Assembly: GCA_963734295.1 (NCBI GenBank)
Contig: CAVTGS010000012.1
Coordinates: 586,429 to 650,428 of the forward strand
Source of the DNA: an uncultured beta proteobacterium
GTDB lineage: Bacteria; Pseudomonadota; Gammaproteobacteria; Burkholderiales; JAEUMW01
Direction of reading: 5' to 3'
Length of the DNA stretch: 64,000 nt
This document shows, one piece after another, positions 24,662 through 36,210 of the stretch. The first letter of the stretch is position 1, and each line of letters starts with the position of its first letter. The notes below the pieces were generated by a model that saw only the letters and a list, made by a program, of their open reading frames with translations, was not told where the DNA came from and made no database searches. The position numbers and the translations under genes are program-made.

Positions 24662-25402
24662 TCATTCCATATACATTCCACCGTTGACATGAAGGGTCGC
24701 CCCCGTGATGTAGCTCGCCGCGGGTGAAGCGAGAAATGCCACGGCCGCGGCGATATCCTCGGCTCGGCCCAGTCGGCCGGCCGGGATCTGCTGGACCAGG
24801 GCTTCGGTCTGGGCGTCGCCGAGCGAGCGCGTCATGTCGGTGTCGATGAACCCGGGCGCGACGCAGTTGACGGTGATGCAGCGGCTTCCGACTTCGCGGG
24901 CGAGCGCCTTGGTGAACCCCACCATGCCGGCCTTCGCCGCCGCGTAGTTGGCCTGGCCGGCGTTGCCCATCGCCCCCACGACCGAGCCGATGTTGATGAT
25001 GCGCCCGTCGCGGGCCTTCGTCATCGACCGCAGAACGAGCTTCGACATGCGATACACCGACTTGAGGTTGGTGTCGAGAATGGCGTCCCACTCCTCCTCT
25101 TTCATGCGCAGGACGAGGTTGTCCCGCGTGATCCCGGCATTGTTGACCAGGATCGAGATCGGGCCGAACCGCTCCTGCGCGCTCTCCACCACCCGCTGCG
25201 CCTGATCCTGGGCGTTGACATCGAGCGCCATCCCGGTCCCCTTGGCGCCCGCCTCGGAGAGCGCGAGGCCGATGCCCTCGGCGCCGGTCTCGGTGGTCGC
25301 TGTACCGACCACCGTGGCGCCCCGGCGAGCCAGCTCCAGCGCGATCGCGCGCCCGATTCCCCGGCTCGATCCTGTGACGAGCGCGACCTTTCCGTTCAAC
25401 AT
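24662..25402 (-). CDS. fabG: 3-oxoacyl-ACP reductase
   Basis: ATG at 25402 inside track ORF 24662..26227, 246 aa: MLNGKVALVTGSSRGIGRAIA...NNAGITRD...YAAAKAG...HVNGGMYME. Confidence 0.95.
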   Translation of the reverse strand: MLNGKVALVTGSSRGIGRAIALELARRGATVVGTATTETGAEGIGLALSEAGAKGTGMALDVNAQDQAQRVVESAQERFGPISILVNNAGITRDNLVLRMKEEEWDAILDTNLKSVYRMSKLVLRSMTKARDGRIINIGSVVGAMGNAGQANYAAAKAGMVGFTKALAREVGSRCITVNCVAPGFIDTDMTRSLGDAQTEALVQQIPAGRLGRAEDIAAAVAFLASPAASYITGATLHVNGGMYME

Positions 25403-25422
25403 GAGGAGATCCTGTGCAGCGG

Positions 25423-26352
25423 TCAGAGCAGCGCCGCGAGCGTTTCGTTCACGTGCGCCGTGTCGGCTAGCGTGTACTGCGGCAGATCGCCGGCAGTGCG
25501 CTTGGTGATCCCCGCGAGCACGCGGCCCGGCCCGCACTCCACCACGTGCGTGACACCGTGATCGAGCAGATAGCGCACCGTGTCGACCCAGCGCACGGGA
25601 CTGTAGAGCTGCCGCGCCAGGGCGTCCTTGATGGCGGCGGGCTGCGCGTGGCTCGCCACGTCCGCATTGTGGATCACCGAGACCGTCGGCGCGGCGAGCT
25701 CGATCCCGGACAGGAAAGCGGTCAGGCTCGCGGCCGCCGGGCGCATCAGGCTGCAGTGGCAGGGGACGCTCATCGGGAGCATCAGGCCGCGTTTTGCGCC
25801 TCGACCTTTCGCAAGGTCGATCCCGCGATGCAGGGCACCGTTGTGGCCGGCGATCACCACTTGGGCGGGCGCATTGAAGTTCGCGGCTTCGAGCACTTCG
25901 CCCTGCGCCGCTTCTTCGCAGATTTTCAGCACCGCCTCGTCGTGCAGCCCGAGGATCGCCGCCATGCCGCCGACGCCTTCCGGCGCGGCCGCCTGCATCG
26001 CCTCGGCACGGTGGCGCACGAGCGGCACCGCGTCCTCGAAGCGCAGTGCGCCGGATGCCACGAGCGCGGTGTACTCGCCCAGACTGTGGCCCGCGAGCAT
26101 CGCCGGCAGCGGGCCGCCCAGCGCTTCCCAGGCACGAAAGACGGCCACGCCCGCCACCAGCATGATCGGTTGCGTATTCGCGGTGAGATGAAGCTTCTCC
26201 GCCGGCCCCTCGGACACCAAAGCCCACAGGTCCGCGCCGAAAATCCCGGACGCCTCGTCGAAGGTCTCCCTCACGCGGGGCAGCCCGTCGTAGTGGTGCA
26301 TCATGCCGACCGATTGCGAAGCCTGGCCGGGGAACACGATTGCAAGTTTCAC
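25423..26352 (-). CDS. fabD: malonyl-CoA-ACP transacylase
   Basis: GTG at 26352 gives (M)KLAIVFPGQASQSVGMM...GHSLGEYTALV..., 309 aa. Track ORF 25423..26463 is N-terminally over-extended. Confidence 0.9.
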   Translation of the reverse strand: MKLAIVFPGQASQSVGMMHHYDGLPRVRETFDEASGIFGADLWALVSEGPAEKLHLTANTQPIMLVAGVAVFRAWEALGGPLPAMLAGHSLGEYTALVASGALRFEDAVPLVRHRAEAMQAAAPEGVGGMAAILGLHDEAVLKICEEAAQGEVLEAANFNAPAQVVIAGHNGALHRGIDLAKGRGAKRGLMLPMSVPCHCSLMRPAAASLTAFLSGIELAAPTVSVIHNADVASHAQPAAIKDALARQLYSPVRWVDTVRYLLDHGVTHVVECGPGRVLAGITKRTAGDLPQYTLADTAHVNETLAALL

Positions 26353-26377
26353 GAATGTTTCCTTTCGCCGTCGAAGG

Positions 26378-27337
26378 CTAATAGCGAAGCAGAACCGATC
26401 CCCAGGTGAAGCCGCCGCCGACACCTTCCAGGAGCACGTGCTGCCCGCGGCGGATACGGCCATCGCGCACGGCTTCGTCGAGCGCGAGGGGAACCGACGC
26501 CGCCGACGTGTTCGCGTGCCGCTCGACCGTGACCACGACCCGCTCCAGAGGCAGTCCGAGCTTTTTCGCGGTCGCTTCGATGATGCGGATATTCGCCTGG
26601 TGCGGGATCAGCCAGTCGATGTCCGACACCTGCAGGCGATTCGCCGCGAGCGCTTCCTGCGCGACCTCGTAGAGCACCTTCACCGCGAACTTGAAGACCG
26701 CCGTCCCGTCCATCGAAACGAATGGCCGCCCGCGCACCCCGCCGCCGGACACGTGACCCGGGACGTTCAGGATATCGTGGTACGTGCCATCGGCATGAAG
26801 ATGGGTCGACAGGATCCCCGGTTCGTCGCTGGCGCGGAGCACGACCGCGCCCGCCCCGTCGCCGAAGAGCACGCAGGTGCCGCGATCGGTCCAGTCGAGA
26901 ATGCGCGAATACACCTCTGCCCCCACCACCAGGGCCTGCCGGCACTTGCCCGCGCGCACGAAGAGATCGGCAATCGCGAGCGCATAGACGAACCCCGAAC
27001 AAACCGCTTGCACATCGAAGGCGGGACATACCCCCGCGCCGAGCTTGTTCTGCAGGATGCAGGCTGTGCTGGGGAAGACCATGTCCGGCGTCGTGGTCGC
27101 GACGATGATGAGATCGAGATCCGCCGCTCCTATCTCTGCCGCCGCGAGCGCCCGGCGGCTCGCTTGCAGCGCGAGATCGCTGGCGAGCTCGTCGTCCGCG
27201 GCCACACGGCGCTCGCGGATCCCGGTACGGCTGAAGATCCACTCGTCGCTGGTGTCGATCGACCGTTCGAGCTCCCGGTTGGTGACCGTCCTGGCGGGCA
27301 GATAGCACCCCGTGCCGACGATACGCGAGAAAGTCAC
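26378..27337 (-). CDS. fabH: 3-oxoacyl-ACP synthase III
   Basis: 319 aa starting [20 protein letters not shown]... with ...CSGFVYAL...HQAN...[13 protein letters not shown]. Confidence 0.95.
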   Translation of the reverse strand: MTFSRIVGTGCYLPARTVTNRELERSIDTSDEWIFSRTGIRERRVAADDELASDLALQASRRALAAAEIGAADLDLIIVATTTPDMVFPSTACILQNKLGAGVCPAFDVQAVCSGFVYALAIADLFVRAGKCRQALVVGAEVYSRILDWTDRGTCVLFGDGAGAVVLRASDEPGILSTHLHADGTYHDILNVPGHVSGGGVRGRPFVSMDGTAVFKFAVKVLYEVAQEALAANRLQVSDIDWLIPHQANIRIIEATAKKLGLPLERVVVTVERHANTSAASVPLALDEAVRDGRIRRGQHVLLEGVGGGFTWGSVLLRY

Positions 27338-28350
27338 GACGCGTCCTCCTGCAGGAGCGTGAGGCGTTCATCGATGCGCCGCAGGACGCCCTCGCCCACT
27401 TCTTCGTAGGCCCGCCGCAGCGCACATTCGAAGGCGTGGCTATCCGCCGCGCCATGGCTCTTCACCACGATCCCGCGCAGTCCGAGCAGGCAGGCGCCAT
27501 TGAACTGGCGGTGATCGACGCGTTTCTTGAAGGCATTGATGACCGGCAGGGCCACGAGCCCGCAGAGCCGCGTCAGAAGATTGCGCTTGAACTCCTGGCG
27601 CAGATAAGTGCCGAGCATCTGGGCGAGACCCTCGGAGGTTTTGAGCGCGACGTTGCCCACGAAGCCGTCGCAGACCACGACATCGGTGGTGCCCTTGAAA
27701 ATGTCGTCACCCTCGATATTGCCATGAAAGTTGAGCCCGCTCGCGCGGAGGAGCTCGCCCGCCTGCCGCACCACCTCGTTGCCCTTTATGTCTTCTTCAC
27801 CGATGTTGAGGAGCCCGATGCTCGGCCGCTCCTTGTGACCGAGCGCTCCCGACAGCGAGGCGCCCATCACGCCGAACTGCAGCAGGTGCAGCGGCGTACA
27901 GTCGACGTTGGCACCGAGGTCCAGCATGTAGGTACTGCCGTGCATGGTCGGAAGCACGGATGCGATCGCCGGCCGCTCGATCCCGGGCAGCATCTTGAGG
28001 ACGAAACGCGCCGTCGCCATGAGAGCGCCGGTGTTGCCCGCACTGACACACGCGTGCGCTTCGCCGGTCTTGACGAGGTTGATCGCCACGCGCATCGACG
28101 AGTCTTTCTTGCGTTTGAGCGCGGCCGCCGGCGGCTCGTCCATCGCGACCACCTGGGACGCGGGATGAAGGCGCAGCCGCGGCCCGACCTCCCCCTTGCA
28201 TGCCTTCAGCTCGGCCTCGATCGCATCGCGCAGACCGACCAGGACGATCACGGTGTCGTCCGTGTGCTGAAGGAAGCGCAGGGCGGCTGGCACCGTGACA
28301 TGGGGGCCGTGATCGCCGCCCATGCAATCCACCGCGAGGGTCACGTCCAT
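27334..28350 (-). CDS. plsX: phosphate acyltransferase PlsX
   Basis: 338 aa with ...[12 protein letters not shown]...[12 protein letters not shown].... Sits upstream of fabH. Confidence 0.9.
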   Translation of the reverse strand: MDVTLAVDCMGGDHGPHVTVPAALRFLQHTDDTVIVLVGLRDAIEAELKACKGEVGPRLRLHPASQVVAMDEPPAAALKRKKDSSMRVAINLVKTGEAHACVSAGNTGALMATARFVLKMLPGIERPAIASVLPTMHGSTYMLDLGANVDCTPLHLLQFGVMGASLSGALGHKERPSIGLLNIGEEDIKGNEVVRQAGELLRASGLNFHGNIEGDDIFKGTTDVVVCDGFVGNVALKTSEGLAQMLGTYLRQEFKRNLLTRLCGLVALPVINAFKKRVDHRQFNGACLLGLRGIVVKSHGAADSHAFECALRRAYEEVGEGVLRRIDERLTLLQEDAS

Positions 28351-28471
28351 TCAGGTCGACAAGGGCTTACGGTGAAGGGACCGATAGCGATCCGAGCGGA
28401 CTGGAGATCGAACAGGCGGACACAGCGGGAAACCCCGCGAGCGCATCGGTCTGGGCGAATCCGCCGTCAGG

Positions 28472-28651
28472 TCATTCGTCCTCGGACTTGACGACCCTCT
28501 TGCCCCGATAGTAGCCGCTCGGGCTGATGTGATGACGCAGGTGCACCTCGCCCGTGTTGGGCTCGACCGCGAGCGGCGCACGCGTGAGCGAGTCGTGGGC
28601 GCGCCGCATGTTGCGCTTGGAGGGCGATTTCTTGTTCTGCTGAACAGCCAT
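28472..28651 (-). CDS. rpmF: 50S ribosomal protein L32
   Basis: ATG at 28651, 59 aa: [22 protein letters not shown].... Confidence 0.9.
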   Translation of the reverse strand: MAVQQNKKSPSKRNMRRAHDSLTRAPLAVEPNTGEVHLRHHISPSGYYRGKRVVKSEDE

Positions 28652-28662
28652 GAGGGTGCTCC

Positions 28663-29175
28663 TTATCGATCCTTGGTATGGGGGGACTCGAGTCCCCCGA
28701 GTGCCGCAAAAGGGTTGACGACCGCGTTTGCCGCCGCCGGATTCACCGGCGGACGGCACCCGCCCGCCTCGTGCCGGGGCGAGATCGGGAGTCCGAGGAG
28801 GATCTCGTCCTCCACCCAGTCCAGCACATGCAGGTCGGGGGGCGTCGGCAGGCCGTCCACGTCCGGTACCTCGTCCGCCACCTCCGGCAAGAGCGATGCG
28901 TCCGGCACGAAACGAAGCTCGCGCTGCGATTCGACTGCGTGCAAAACCGAACCGAGGCAGCGTTGACAACGCAACGTCAGCCGGCCCGAAACGTCGACCC
29001 GCAACCGCGGGTTTCCGTCCCCGTCGAGACGCCCTGCGATGCCGTAGACAATACTTCCGCTGTCCTCCGCGAGGAAGTCGGAAAGGCGCGCGAACCGCGT
29101 GACCGCAACCGTTCCCGCAAGGCTCCCCCCGGACTTTGCGAACGCGCGAACGTCGATCACGGGGTCTTCGGACAT
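28663..29175 (-). CDS. yceD: YceD (DUF177) 23S rRNA accumulation protein
   Basis: 170 aa with the CxRCL...  zinc-ribbon-like motif ([10 protein letters not shown]). Immediately upstream of rpmF. Confidence 0.8.
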   Translation of the reverse strand: MSEDPVIDVRAFAKSGGSLAGTVAVTRFARLSDFLAEDSGSIVYGIAGRLDGDGNPRLRVDVSGRLTLRCQRCLGSVLHAVESQRELRFVPDASLLPEVADEVPDVDGLPTPPDLHVLDWVEDEILLGLPISPRHEAGGCRPPVNPAAANAVVNPFAALGGLESPHTKDR

Positions 29176-29225
29176 AAACGCGCTAATGTATTATTCTGTT
29201 TGCGTTTTGTCAAAGAAGATCGTGC

Positions 29226-29813
29226 GTGATCGCGATGCAGCGCCTGGTTCTGGCGTCCACTTCTCCCTACCGTCGCGAGCTCCTCGGCCGCCTCGGAATA
29301 CCGTTTGCAACCGGTGCTCCCGACGTCGACGAGACGCCGCGCGACGGTGAGGCGCCGTCTGCCACGGCACTCAGGCTCGCCCGCGAGAAGGCGGAAGCAC
29401 TCGCGCCCGACTTTCCCGACGCGTTGATCGTCGGCGGCGACCAGGTGGCCGAGCTCGACCGGCGACCCCTCGGCAAGCCTCTGACCCATGCGAACGCGGT
29501 GCGCCAGTTACGGCTCTGTTCGGGCCGTACTGTCGAATTTCATACCGGACTGTGCCTGCTCGACGCGGCGAACCGGACGGCAGAGGCCGCAGTCGCGCGA
29601 AACCGCGTGCGCTTCAGAACGCTCGACGACGACGAAATCGATCGCTACCTGCGGCGCGAGCAACCATACGACTGCGCCGGCAGCGCGAAGGCCGACGCCT
29701 TCGGCATCGTGCTCATCGAAGCGCTCGAGGGCGACGATCCGAATGCGCTGATCGGACTGCCGCTGATCCTTCTCGCCGGCATGCTGCGTCGCGCGGGCGT
29801 CAAGCTCCCGTGA
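29226..29813 (+). CDS. maf: Maf-like nucleoside triphosphate pyrophosphatase (YceF type)
   Basis: 195 aa starting MQRLVLASTSPYRRELLGRLGIPF... with ...YDCAGSAK.... Divergent from yceD as in E. coli. Confidence 0.85.
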   Translation: MIAMQRLVLASTSPYRRELLGRLGIPFATGAPDVDETPRDGEAPSATALRLAREKAEALAPDFPDALIVGGDQVAELDRRPLGKPLTHANAVRQLRLCSGRTVEFHTGLCLLDAANRTAEAAVARNRVRFRTLDDDEIDRYLRREQPYDCAGSAKADAFGIVLIEALEGDDPNALIGLPLILLAGMLRRAGVKLP

Positions 29814-30550
29814 TGTCCGAGCCGACGCTGTACCTCATCCCCTCGACGCTCGCGGCAGGTGATCCGATTCAGGTTTTGCCGGCGAGCGTCCTGGCGACCG
29901 CCACCACGCTCGACCATTTCGTGGCGGAGCGCGCCCGCAGCGCCCGCGCGTTCCTGAAGGCCATCGGTCACCCCAAGCCGCTGCAGGGGATTGCCATCGA
30001 GGAATTGCACGAGCACACGCCGACCAAACACATCCCGGCCCTGCTCGCCCCGCTCAGGGCCGGTTTCTCGTGCGGTCTCCTCGCCGAGGCAGGATGCCCC
30101 GCGGTCGCGGACCCGGGCGCGCCGCTGGTTCTGCTCGCTCATGAGGCCGGGATGAGGGTCAAGCCTCTGGTCGGTCCGTCCGCGATCATGCTCGCCCTCA
30201 TGGCCTCGGGACTGCAGGGCCAGCGCTTCGCCTTCCGCGGTTACCTGCCGGCCGCGAAGCGCGACCGCGAGCAGCAGCTCGGGATGCTCGAGGCCGAGTC
30301 GCAGCACCGGGACGAGACCCAGATCTTCATCGAAACGCCCTATCGCAACCTGCAGCTCTTCGAATCGGTGGTGGCGTGCTGCGGGGCTCACACCCTTCTT
30401 TGCGTTGCGTCCGATCTCACGGGATCCGGCGAGCAGGTGACGACACGCCCGGTGGCGCACTGGCGCCGAAGCACGCTGCCGGCGCTCGCGAAACGGCCGA
30501 CCGTGTTTCTGCTTTACGCCCCGCGCGGCTCAGCGCAGCGCCGTCGCTGA
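29813..30550 (+). CDS. SAM-dependent methyltransferase, tetrapyrrole-methylase superfamily (RsmI-like)
   Basis: ATG at 29813 overlaps the maf stop (TGATG). 245 aa starting MSEPTLYLIPSTLAAGD... with ...ETPYRN.... Track ORF 29552..30550 is over-extended upstream. Confidence 0.6.
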   Translation: MSEPTLYLIPSTLAAGDPIQVLPASVLATATTLDHFVAERARSARAFLKAIGHPKPLQGIAIEELHEHTPTKHIPALLAPLRAGFSCGLLAEAGCPAVADPGAPLVLLAHEAGMRVKPLVGPSAIMLALMASGLQGQRFAFRGYLPAAKRDREQQLGMLEAESQHRDETQIFIETPYRNLQLFESVVACCGAHTLLCVASDLTGSGEQVTTRPVAHWRRSTLPALAKRPTVFLLYAPRGSAQRRR

Positions 30551-31495
30551 AGCGCCATAGAAGCGCAGGAAAGCCTCGGAGGCGCCCGCACCCAGACGCC
30601 GCGCGAAGCGTTCCAGGAACGTCTCACGGGCGCTGAAGTCGACCACCTGGTCGGCCTTGATGATCTCGCGCGCAACGTAGTCGACGTTGCCGAGCGCGTC
30701 CGCGAGCCCGAGCTCCACGCTGCGTTGCCCGGTCCAGACCAGCCCCGTGAAGAGCTCCGGCGTGTCCTTGAGACGCTTGCCGCGGCCCTGCTTCACCACC
30801 TCGATGAACTGGCCGTGGATCTCGGAGAGCATCTTCTCCGCATAATCCTTCTGCTGCGGAAGCAGCGGCGAGAACGGGTCGAGAAAGCCTTTCTCCTGGC
30901 CCGCGGTGATGAGGCGCCGTTCGACACCGAGCTTGTCGAGTGTGCCTACGAAGCCGAATCCGTCCATGAGGACTCCGATCGAACCGACGAGGCTTGCCTT
31001 GTCGACGAAGATCTTGTCCGCGGCAACCGCCACGTAGTAGCCGCCCGAAGCACAGATGTCCTCGACCACTGCATAGAGCGGGATGGCGGGATACTTGGCG
31101 CGGAGACGGCGGATTTCGTCGTTGATGTGACCGGCCTGTACGGGGCTCCCTCCCGGGCTGTTGATGCGCAGGACGATACCCTGCGTGCGCTTGTCCTTGA
31201 ACGCCTCCTGCAGACCGGAGGTGATTTTCTCGGCGCTCGCTTCGCTGTCGGCGGCGATGACGCCGGTGAGAGCGATCAGGGCGGTATGCTTGCCGGGCAG
31301 CGCTGCCTCCTTCTTGCCCATCCAGCCGAAGCCGACAAACAGCAGAGCGAAGAGATAGATGAAGGCGAGCGACTTGAAGAAGATGCCCCAGCGGCGTGCC
31401 CGTCTCTGCTCGTCCACTGCTGCGGTCGCGAGCTTTTCCAGCACGCTCCGCTCCCAGTTATCGCCCGCGGTCTTGCCCGCAATCGGTTCGGTCAT
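30530..31495 (-). CDS. sppA: signal peptide peptidase SppA (S49, 36K type)
   Basis: 321 aa with an N-terminal TM and ...INSPGGSPVQA...ASGGYYVA...LVGSIGV.... Confidence 0.85.
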   Translation of the reverse strand: MTEPIAGKTAGDNWERSVLEKLATAAVDEQRRARRWGIFFKSLAFIYLFALLFVGFGWMGKKEAALPGKHTALIALTGVIAADSEASAEKITSGLQEAFKDKRTQGIVLRINSPGGSPVQAGHINDEIRRLRAKYPAIPLYAVVEDICASGGYYVAVAADKIFVDKASLVGSIGVLMDGFGFVGTLDKLGVERRLITAGQEKGFLDPFSPLLPQQKDYAEKMLSEIHGQFIEVVKQGRGKRLKDTPELFTGLVWTGQRSVELGLADALGNVDYVAREIIKADQVVDFSARETFLERFARRLGAGASEAFLRFYGASATALR

Positions 31496-31556
31496 GGCAG
31501 GTTCCTGTTTCCAGACAACGATTCACTTCATTCATGGCGTGGGGAGCGTACACCCA

Positions 31557-32249
31557 TCATGCGTTCGCTGCGAACCACGTCCGCAGCGCCGGCACCGTGT
31601 CCAGACACGCGAACGGCGAGCAGGCGCGTAGGCTCTCGCTGGAATGCGCGCCATAGGTGACGGCCACCGGCGCGACCCCGGCATTGCGGGCCATTTCGAG
31701 GTCATGGGTCGTATCCCCGACCATCACGGTGCGCGCAGCGGTTTGGCCCAGCTCGTCCATGATCTCGAGCAGCATTGCCGGATGGGGTTTGGAGAAGGCC
31801 TCGTCCGCGCATCGGGTGGCCTGAAAGAGCGACGTGAGCCCGGTTGCTTCGAGGGCACGATCCAGTCCGCGCCGGCTCTTGCCGGTGGCCACGGCTAGCA
31901 GGAAACCGGCTGCTGCGAGCTCGCCCACCATCTCCCGCACACCGTCGAACAAGGGAATTCCGTCGTCCCGCGCCAGGTAGTGATAACGGTAGCGATCCGC
32001 CACCTCCTCGTAAGCGGAGGGCGCGAGTGCGGGGAAGAGGTGGGAGAGCGCGTCCTCCAGCCCGAGCCCGATGACGTGGCGTGCCTTCGGCTCATCGGGA
32101 ACCGGCAATTTGAGGTCGCGGCTCGCCGCCTGGATGGCCGCGACGATGATCGCGGCCGAATCCATCAGTGTGCCGTCCCAGTCGAAGACGATGAGCTGGA
32201 ACTGGCGTCGCCGGGCGCTGCCCGGTGTGATCTCGTGCGGCTCAAGCAT
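31557..32249 (-). CDS. HAD-superfamily hydrolase (phosphoglycolate phosphatase-like)
   Basis: 230 aa with motif I LIVFDWDGTLMDS and later ...VGDTTHDLEMA.... Confidence 0.8.
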   Translation of the reverse strand: MLEPHEITPGSARRRQFQLIVFDWDGTLMDSAAIIVAAIQAASRDLKLPVPDEPKARHVIGLGLEDALSHLFPALAPSAYEEVADRYRYHYLARDDGIPLFDGVREMVGELAAAGFLLAVATGKSRRGLDRALEATGLTSLFQATRCADEAFSKPHPAMLLEIMDELGQTAARTVMVGDTTHDLEMARNAGVAPVAVTYGAHSSESLRACSPFACLDTVPALRTWFAANA

Positions 32250-33216
32250 GGGGAAGGACGTGAGGTGGGGAGGCCTCGGCTGTCGTACGCCCGTCGAGGA
32301 AGCGCTCGAGATCGCCGGGCAGCGGCGCCGTCAGATCGATCCGCGCGCCGGTGACCGGATGCTCGAACCCGAGCCGACAGGCGTGGAGAAACATCCGTTT
32401 CAGACCGATGCGCGCGAGCGAGCGATTGAATTCGAAATCGCCGTACTTGTCGTCACCGGCCACCGGATGGTCGAGATGGGCCAGCTGTACGCGGATCTGA
32501 TGAGTGCGGCCGGTTCCCAGCAACGCTTCCAGCAAACTGCAATCTCCGAGTCGCCGCAGGAGCGTGAACCAGGTGTCGGAGGCCTGGCCACCGGGTCTCA
32601 CGTTCACGCGGCGCTCTCCCGCTGCCGTAACGTATTTGTGGAGCGGCAGCGTGACGCGTCTGCGAGCGTCGCGCCAGCGCCCGCGCACGAGTACCAGGTA
32701 GCGCTTTTCCACGTTGCCCTCGCGCAGCATCTCGTGCAGGCGCGTGAGGGCGACGCGTTTCTTTGCCAGCAGCAGGATCCCCGACGTCTCCTTGTCCAGC
32801 CGGTGGACGAGTTCGAGGAAAGGCGGCGCGCTCGCTTGGCGCAGCAGCTCGACGACACCACGACTCACGCCGCTTCCGCCATGGACGGCGAGCCCAGACG
32901 GCTTGTCGATCGCGAGCAGCCAGTCGTCCTCGAAGAGCGTTCGCGGCATGAAACGGGGGATCGCGGAGACGCTCTCGACGAGTCGCGGAGCCGCAGTGCG
33001 GACCGGGGGCAGCCGCACCCGATCACCCGGTTTTAGGCGGTATGTGGGCTTCACCCGCCGGCTGTTCACCCGCACCTCGCCAGAGCGCAGGATGCAATAG
33101 ACGTGGCTCCGGGGCACGCCCTTCAGCAGCCGCACCAGAAAGTTGTCGATGCGCTGATCGGCGCTTCCTTCGTCAACCTCTTGCAAAGTTACGGAATTTT
33201 TGCGTGGCCCGACCAT
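32242..33216 (-). CDS. rluC: 23S rRNA pseudouridine synthase RluC
   Basis: 324 aa with an S4-like N-terminal domain and the RluA-family core (...HRLDKETSGILLLAK...GRTHQIR...). Divergent from rne as in E. coli. Confidence 0.85.
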   Translation of the reverse strand: MVGPRKNSVTLQEVDEGSADQRIDNFLVRLLKGVPRSHVYCILRSGEVRVNSRRVKPTYRLKPGDRVRLPPVRTAAPRLVESVSAIPRFMPRTLFEDDWLLAIDKPSGLAVHGGSGVSRGVVELLRQASAPPFLELVHRLDKETSGILLLAKKRVALTRLHEMLREGNVEKRYLVLVRGRWRDARRRVTLPLHKYVTAAGERRVNVRPGGQASDTWFTLLRRLGDCSLLEALLGTGRTHQIRVQLAHLDHPVAGDDKYGDFEFNRSLARIGLKRMFLHACRLGFEHPVTGARIDLTAPLPGDLERFLDGRTTAEASPPHVLPHA

Positions 33217-33581
33217 TCTTGCTTATACTTCGGCCCTGTTCAGGGAACTTGTGCAGCCCGCGAAAGCGTTGCGCCGCACGGGACGAGGCCACCTCCGGCC
33301 GGCATTCGAGCCCGCACCGAGAACCCTGTTCAGCAACTCAAGCATTGTCGCGTGCCAACGCGACGATAGGAAACGATACGAGCGCGCAAGCACTCTCACG
33401 GACCGGATCCAACAGCCGCCGCACGCGGCACCGAAGAAAGGCAAACCCGGGGCTTTCCTGCAATCTGAACCCCCTCTCGGAACGCACCTCGAGCCTATGA
33501 CGAGATGACGACTTGGCCGCCGGCGATGGCTTCGCCGGGGCGGGTTTGGCTTTCCCGTGAGAAGAAGCGCGGGAGACAATA
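33217..33581 (+). promoter_or_regulatory. rluC-rne divergent region containing a long rne leader (candidate autoregulatory 5' UTR)
   Basis: 365-bp non-coding gap upstream of rne with no credible ORF. E. coli rne has a 361-nt structured 5' UTR that mediates RNase E autoregulation. Structure was not modelled here. Confidence 0.4.
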
Positions 33582-36185
33582 ATGAAGCGCATGCTTTTCA
33601 ACGCGACCCAGTCCGAAGAACTCAGGGTCGCCATTGTAGACGGTCAGAAGCTCATTGACCTCGATATAGAGTCAGCGGGAAAGGAACAACGCAAAGGCAA
33701 CATATACAAGGGCATCATCACCCGGATCGAACCCAGCCTCGAGGCGGCCTTCGTCGACTACGGCGCCGATCGGCACGGATTTCTACCCTTCAAGGAAGTC
33801 AGCCGAAGCCTGTTCCAGGCCGGCGTCGAAGTCTCCCGCGCCCGCATCCAGGAAGCGCTCAAGGAGGGTCAGGAGTTCATCGTCCAGGTCGAGAAGGACG
33901 AGCGCGGCAACAAGGGAGCCGCCCTCACCACCTTCGTGAGCCTCGCCGGACGCTACCTCGTCCTGATGCCCAACAACCCCCGCGGCGGTGGCGTATCCCG
34001 TCGCGTCGAGGGTGAGGAACGCGACGAGCTGCGCGATCTCGTCGGCCAGCTCGAAGTGCCGCAGGGCATGAGCATCATCGCGCGCACCGCCGGCATCGGT
34101 CGCACCCTGGACGAGATCAACTGGGATCTGAACTATCTGCTCCAGCTCTGGCGCGCGATCGAGAACGCCTCTCGCCAGCAGGCTGGCTCGTTCCTGATCT
34201 ACCAGGAATCGAGCCTCGTGATCCGCGCCATTCGCGATTACTTCCAGCCCGAGATCGGCGAATTGCTGATCGACACCGAAGGCATCTTCGAGCAGGCCCG
34301 GCAGTTCATGGGGCACGTGATGCCGAGTAACGTCAACCGTGTGAAGCTGTACAAGGACGACGTCCCCCTCTTCTCCCGCTTCCAGATCGAGCACCAGATC
34401 GAGACCGCCTATTCGCGGCTGGTGCAGCTGCCTTCAGGCGGCGCGGTCGTGATCGACCATACCGAAGCGCTGGTCGCGATCGACGTCAACTCCGCGCGGG
34501 CCACGCGCGCGGGCGATATCGAGCAGACCGCCCTCAACACCAACCTGGAGGCTGCGGACGAGATCGGACGGCAACTGCGGCTGCGGGATCTCGGCGGCCT
34601 CATCGTCATCGACTTCATCGACATGGAGTCCTCGCGCAACCAGCGCGAGGTCGAAAACCGGCTGCGCGACGCGCTGCACTTCGACCGCGCACGGGTGCAG
34701 ATGGGGAAGATCTCCCGGTTCGGTCTGATGGAGCTCTCCCGCCAGCGCCTGCAGCCGAGCCTGGGCGAGACCAGTTACCTGCCTTGCCCGCGCTGCCAGG
34801 GCACCGGACAGATCCGCAGCATCGAATCCACCGCACTTCACATCCTGCGTATCCTGCAGGAGGAGGCGATGAAGGAGAACACCGCTGCCGTGCACGCCCA
34901 GGTCCCGGTCGACGTTTCGACCTTCCTGCTCAACGAAAAGCGCTCGGATATCCACGGCATCGAATCGCGCCTGAAAGTGGGTGTGGTGCTCATCCCGAAC
35001 GTCCATTTCGAGACGCCCCACTACACCGTCACCCGTTTGAAGCACGACGAGCTCAACCGATCGGAGCCGCTGCCGGCGAGCTACCAGATGGTCGAAACGC
35101 CCGTCGATGAAGAAAAAGCGCCGGTCGTCGCACCGGAGGCGGCGGCGCCGCGCCCGCAAGCTGCAGTGCAAGGCATCACCCCGGCGCAGCCGGCACCGCT
35201 GGAGGCGCCGCGAGTGCCACCTGTCGTTGCGCCGGCCCCGGTCTCTCTCGTCGACAAGATCTTCGGCTGGTTTCGCCGTAAACCGGAGCCGGTGGTGGCG
35301 GAGGCCCCCGCCAAGCCCGCGCTGCCCCAACGGGGGCATCGACGCGGGCGCGGGGATCGCGATCGCGGCCGTCCCGAGCGGCGCGAACGACGGGATGGCG
35401 ACCGGGAGCGCCAGGAGCTGCGTGCTCCGGGTCTTCGGCCCGCGCCGCACGCGAGCGATTCTCCCGAGCTGTCCCGACCACCGCAGCCAGAGCGCAAGGA
35501 TCGCGGGGAACGGCGGGACCGCGGCGAACGACCGGATCGAGGCGAGCGACCGCAGCGTCTGCCGGCCCAGGCAGCGCGCGAGACCGCTCCCCGTCAGCCG
35601 ATGGACGCCGCGGAGGCGCCCGCCGAGGCGGCAGCAGCGGAAGTGCAGGAAGGTCGCGGCCGCCGTCGCCGCGGTCGGCGCGAACGCCGTCCCGAGGGCG
35701 CTGTAAGCCCATCGCGCCCGAGCACGGAGGGGCTGGTGGACGTAGCGCCTAGCGCAGGCGCACTGGTCGCGACAGAAGCTGCCAATGCTTCGGACCCTCT
35801 GCCTGTGGAGATCGAATCCCCGCTCGCTGCCGAGCCGATCGAGGTGGCGGTGGCGGAGTTGGTCGTCCCGGAAGCGATGCGCGCCGAGGCGGTCACGACA
35901 TTCCCACCGGTCGAAGCGATCGAGGAAGCCGTCCCTGCGCTCGTCGCGGCGGGTCCGGTTGCGCCCGCGGCAGACGACATCCCTGCCGCTTACGTTGCTC
36001 CGGTGACGGCGACGCCGGTCGAACTGCCCACGGGGATGGTGATGGTGGAAACGAATCCCGATCGAACTCAGATCGCCCAGCTCGAGACCGACCTGGAGTC
36101 GGAGCATCGCCGCACACCGCGGTCGCGACCCGCCGCGGCGCCGCCAGGGGAAGAAACGCTGGTGCAGATAGAAACCCGCAAGTAG
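33582..36185 (+). CDS. rne: ribonuclease E
   Basis: 867 aa. N-terminal catalytic half [24 protein letters not shown]...IVIDFIDM.... C-terminal Arg/Pro/Glu-rich low-complexity scaffold region. Confidence 0.95.
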   Translation: MKRMLFNATQSEELRVAIVDGQKLIDLDIESAGKEQRKGNIYKGIITRIEPSLEAAFVDYGADRHGFLPFKEVSRSLFQAGVEVSRARIQEALKEGQEFIVQVEKDERGNKGAALTTFVSLAGRYLVLMPNNPRGGGVSRRVEGEERDELRDLVGQLEVPQGMSIIARTAGIGRTLDEINWDLNYLLQLWRAIENASRQQAGSFLIYQESSLVIRAIRDYFQPEIGELLIDTEGIFEQARQFMGHVMPSNVNRVKLYKDDVPLFSRFQIEHQIETAYSRLVQLPSGGAVVIDHTEALVAIDVNSARATRAGDIEQTALNTNLEAADEIGRQLRLRDLGGLIVIDFIDMESSRNQREVENRLRDALHFDRARVQMGKISRFGLMELSRQRLQPSLGETSYLPCPRCQGTGQIRSIESTALHILRILQEEAMKENTAAVHAQVPVDVSTFLLNEKRSDIHGIESRLKVGVVLIPNVHFETPHYTVTRLKHDELNRSEPLPASYQMVETPVDEEKAPVVAPEAAAPRPQAAVQGITPAQPAPLEAPRVPPVVAPAPVSLVDKIFGWFRRKPEPVVAEAPAKPALPQRGHRRGRGDRDRGRPERRERRDGDRERQELRAPGLRPAPHASDSPELSRPPQPERKDRGERRDRGERPDRGERPQRLPAQAARETAPRQPMDAAEAPAEAAAAEVQEGRGRRRRGRRERRPEGAVSPSRPSTEGLVDVAPSAGALVATEAANASDPLPVEIESPLAAEPIEVAVAELVVPEAMRAEAVTTFPPVEAIEEAVPALVAAGPVAPAADDIPAAYVAPVTATPVELPTGMVMVETNPDRTQIAQLETDLESEHRRTPRSRPAAAPPGEETLVQIETRK

Positions 36186-36210
36186 GAAACGGACGATCCC
36201 GGATCGACGA

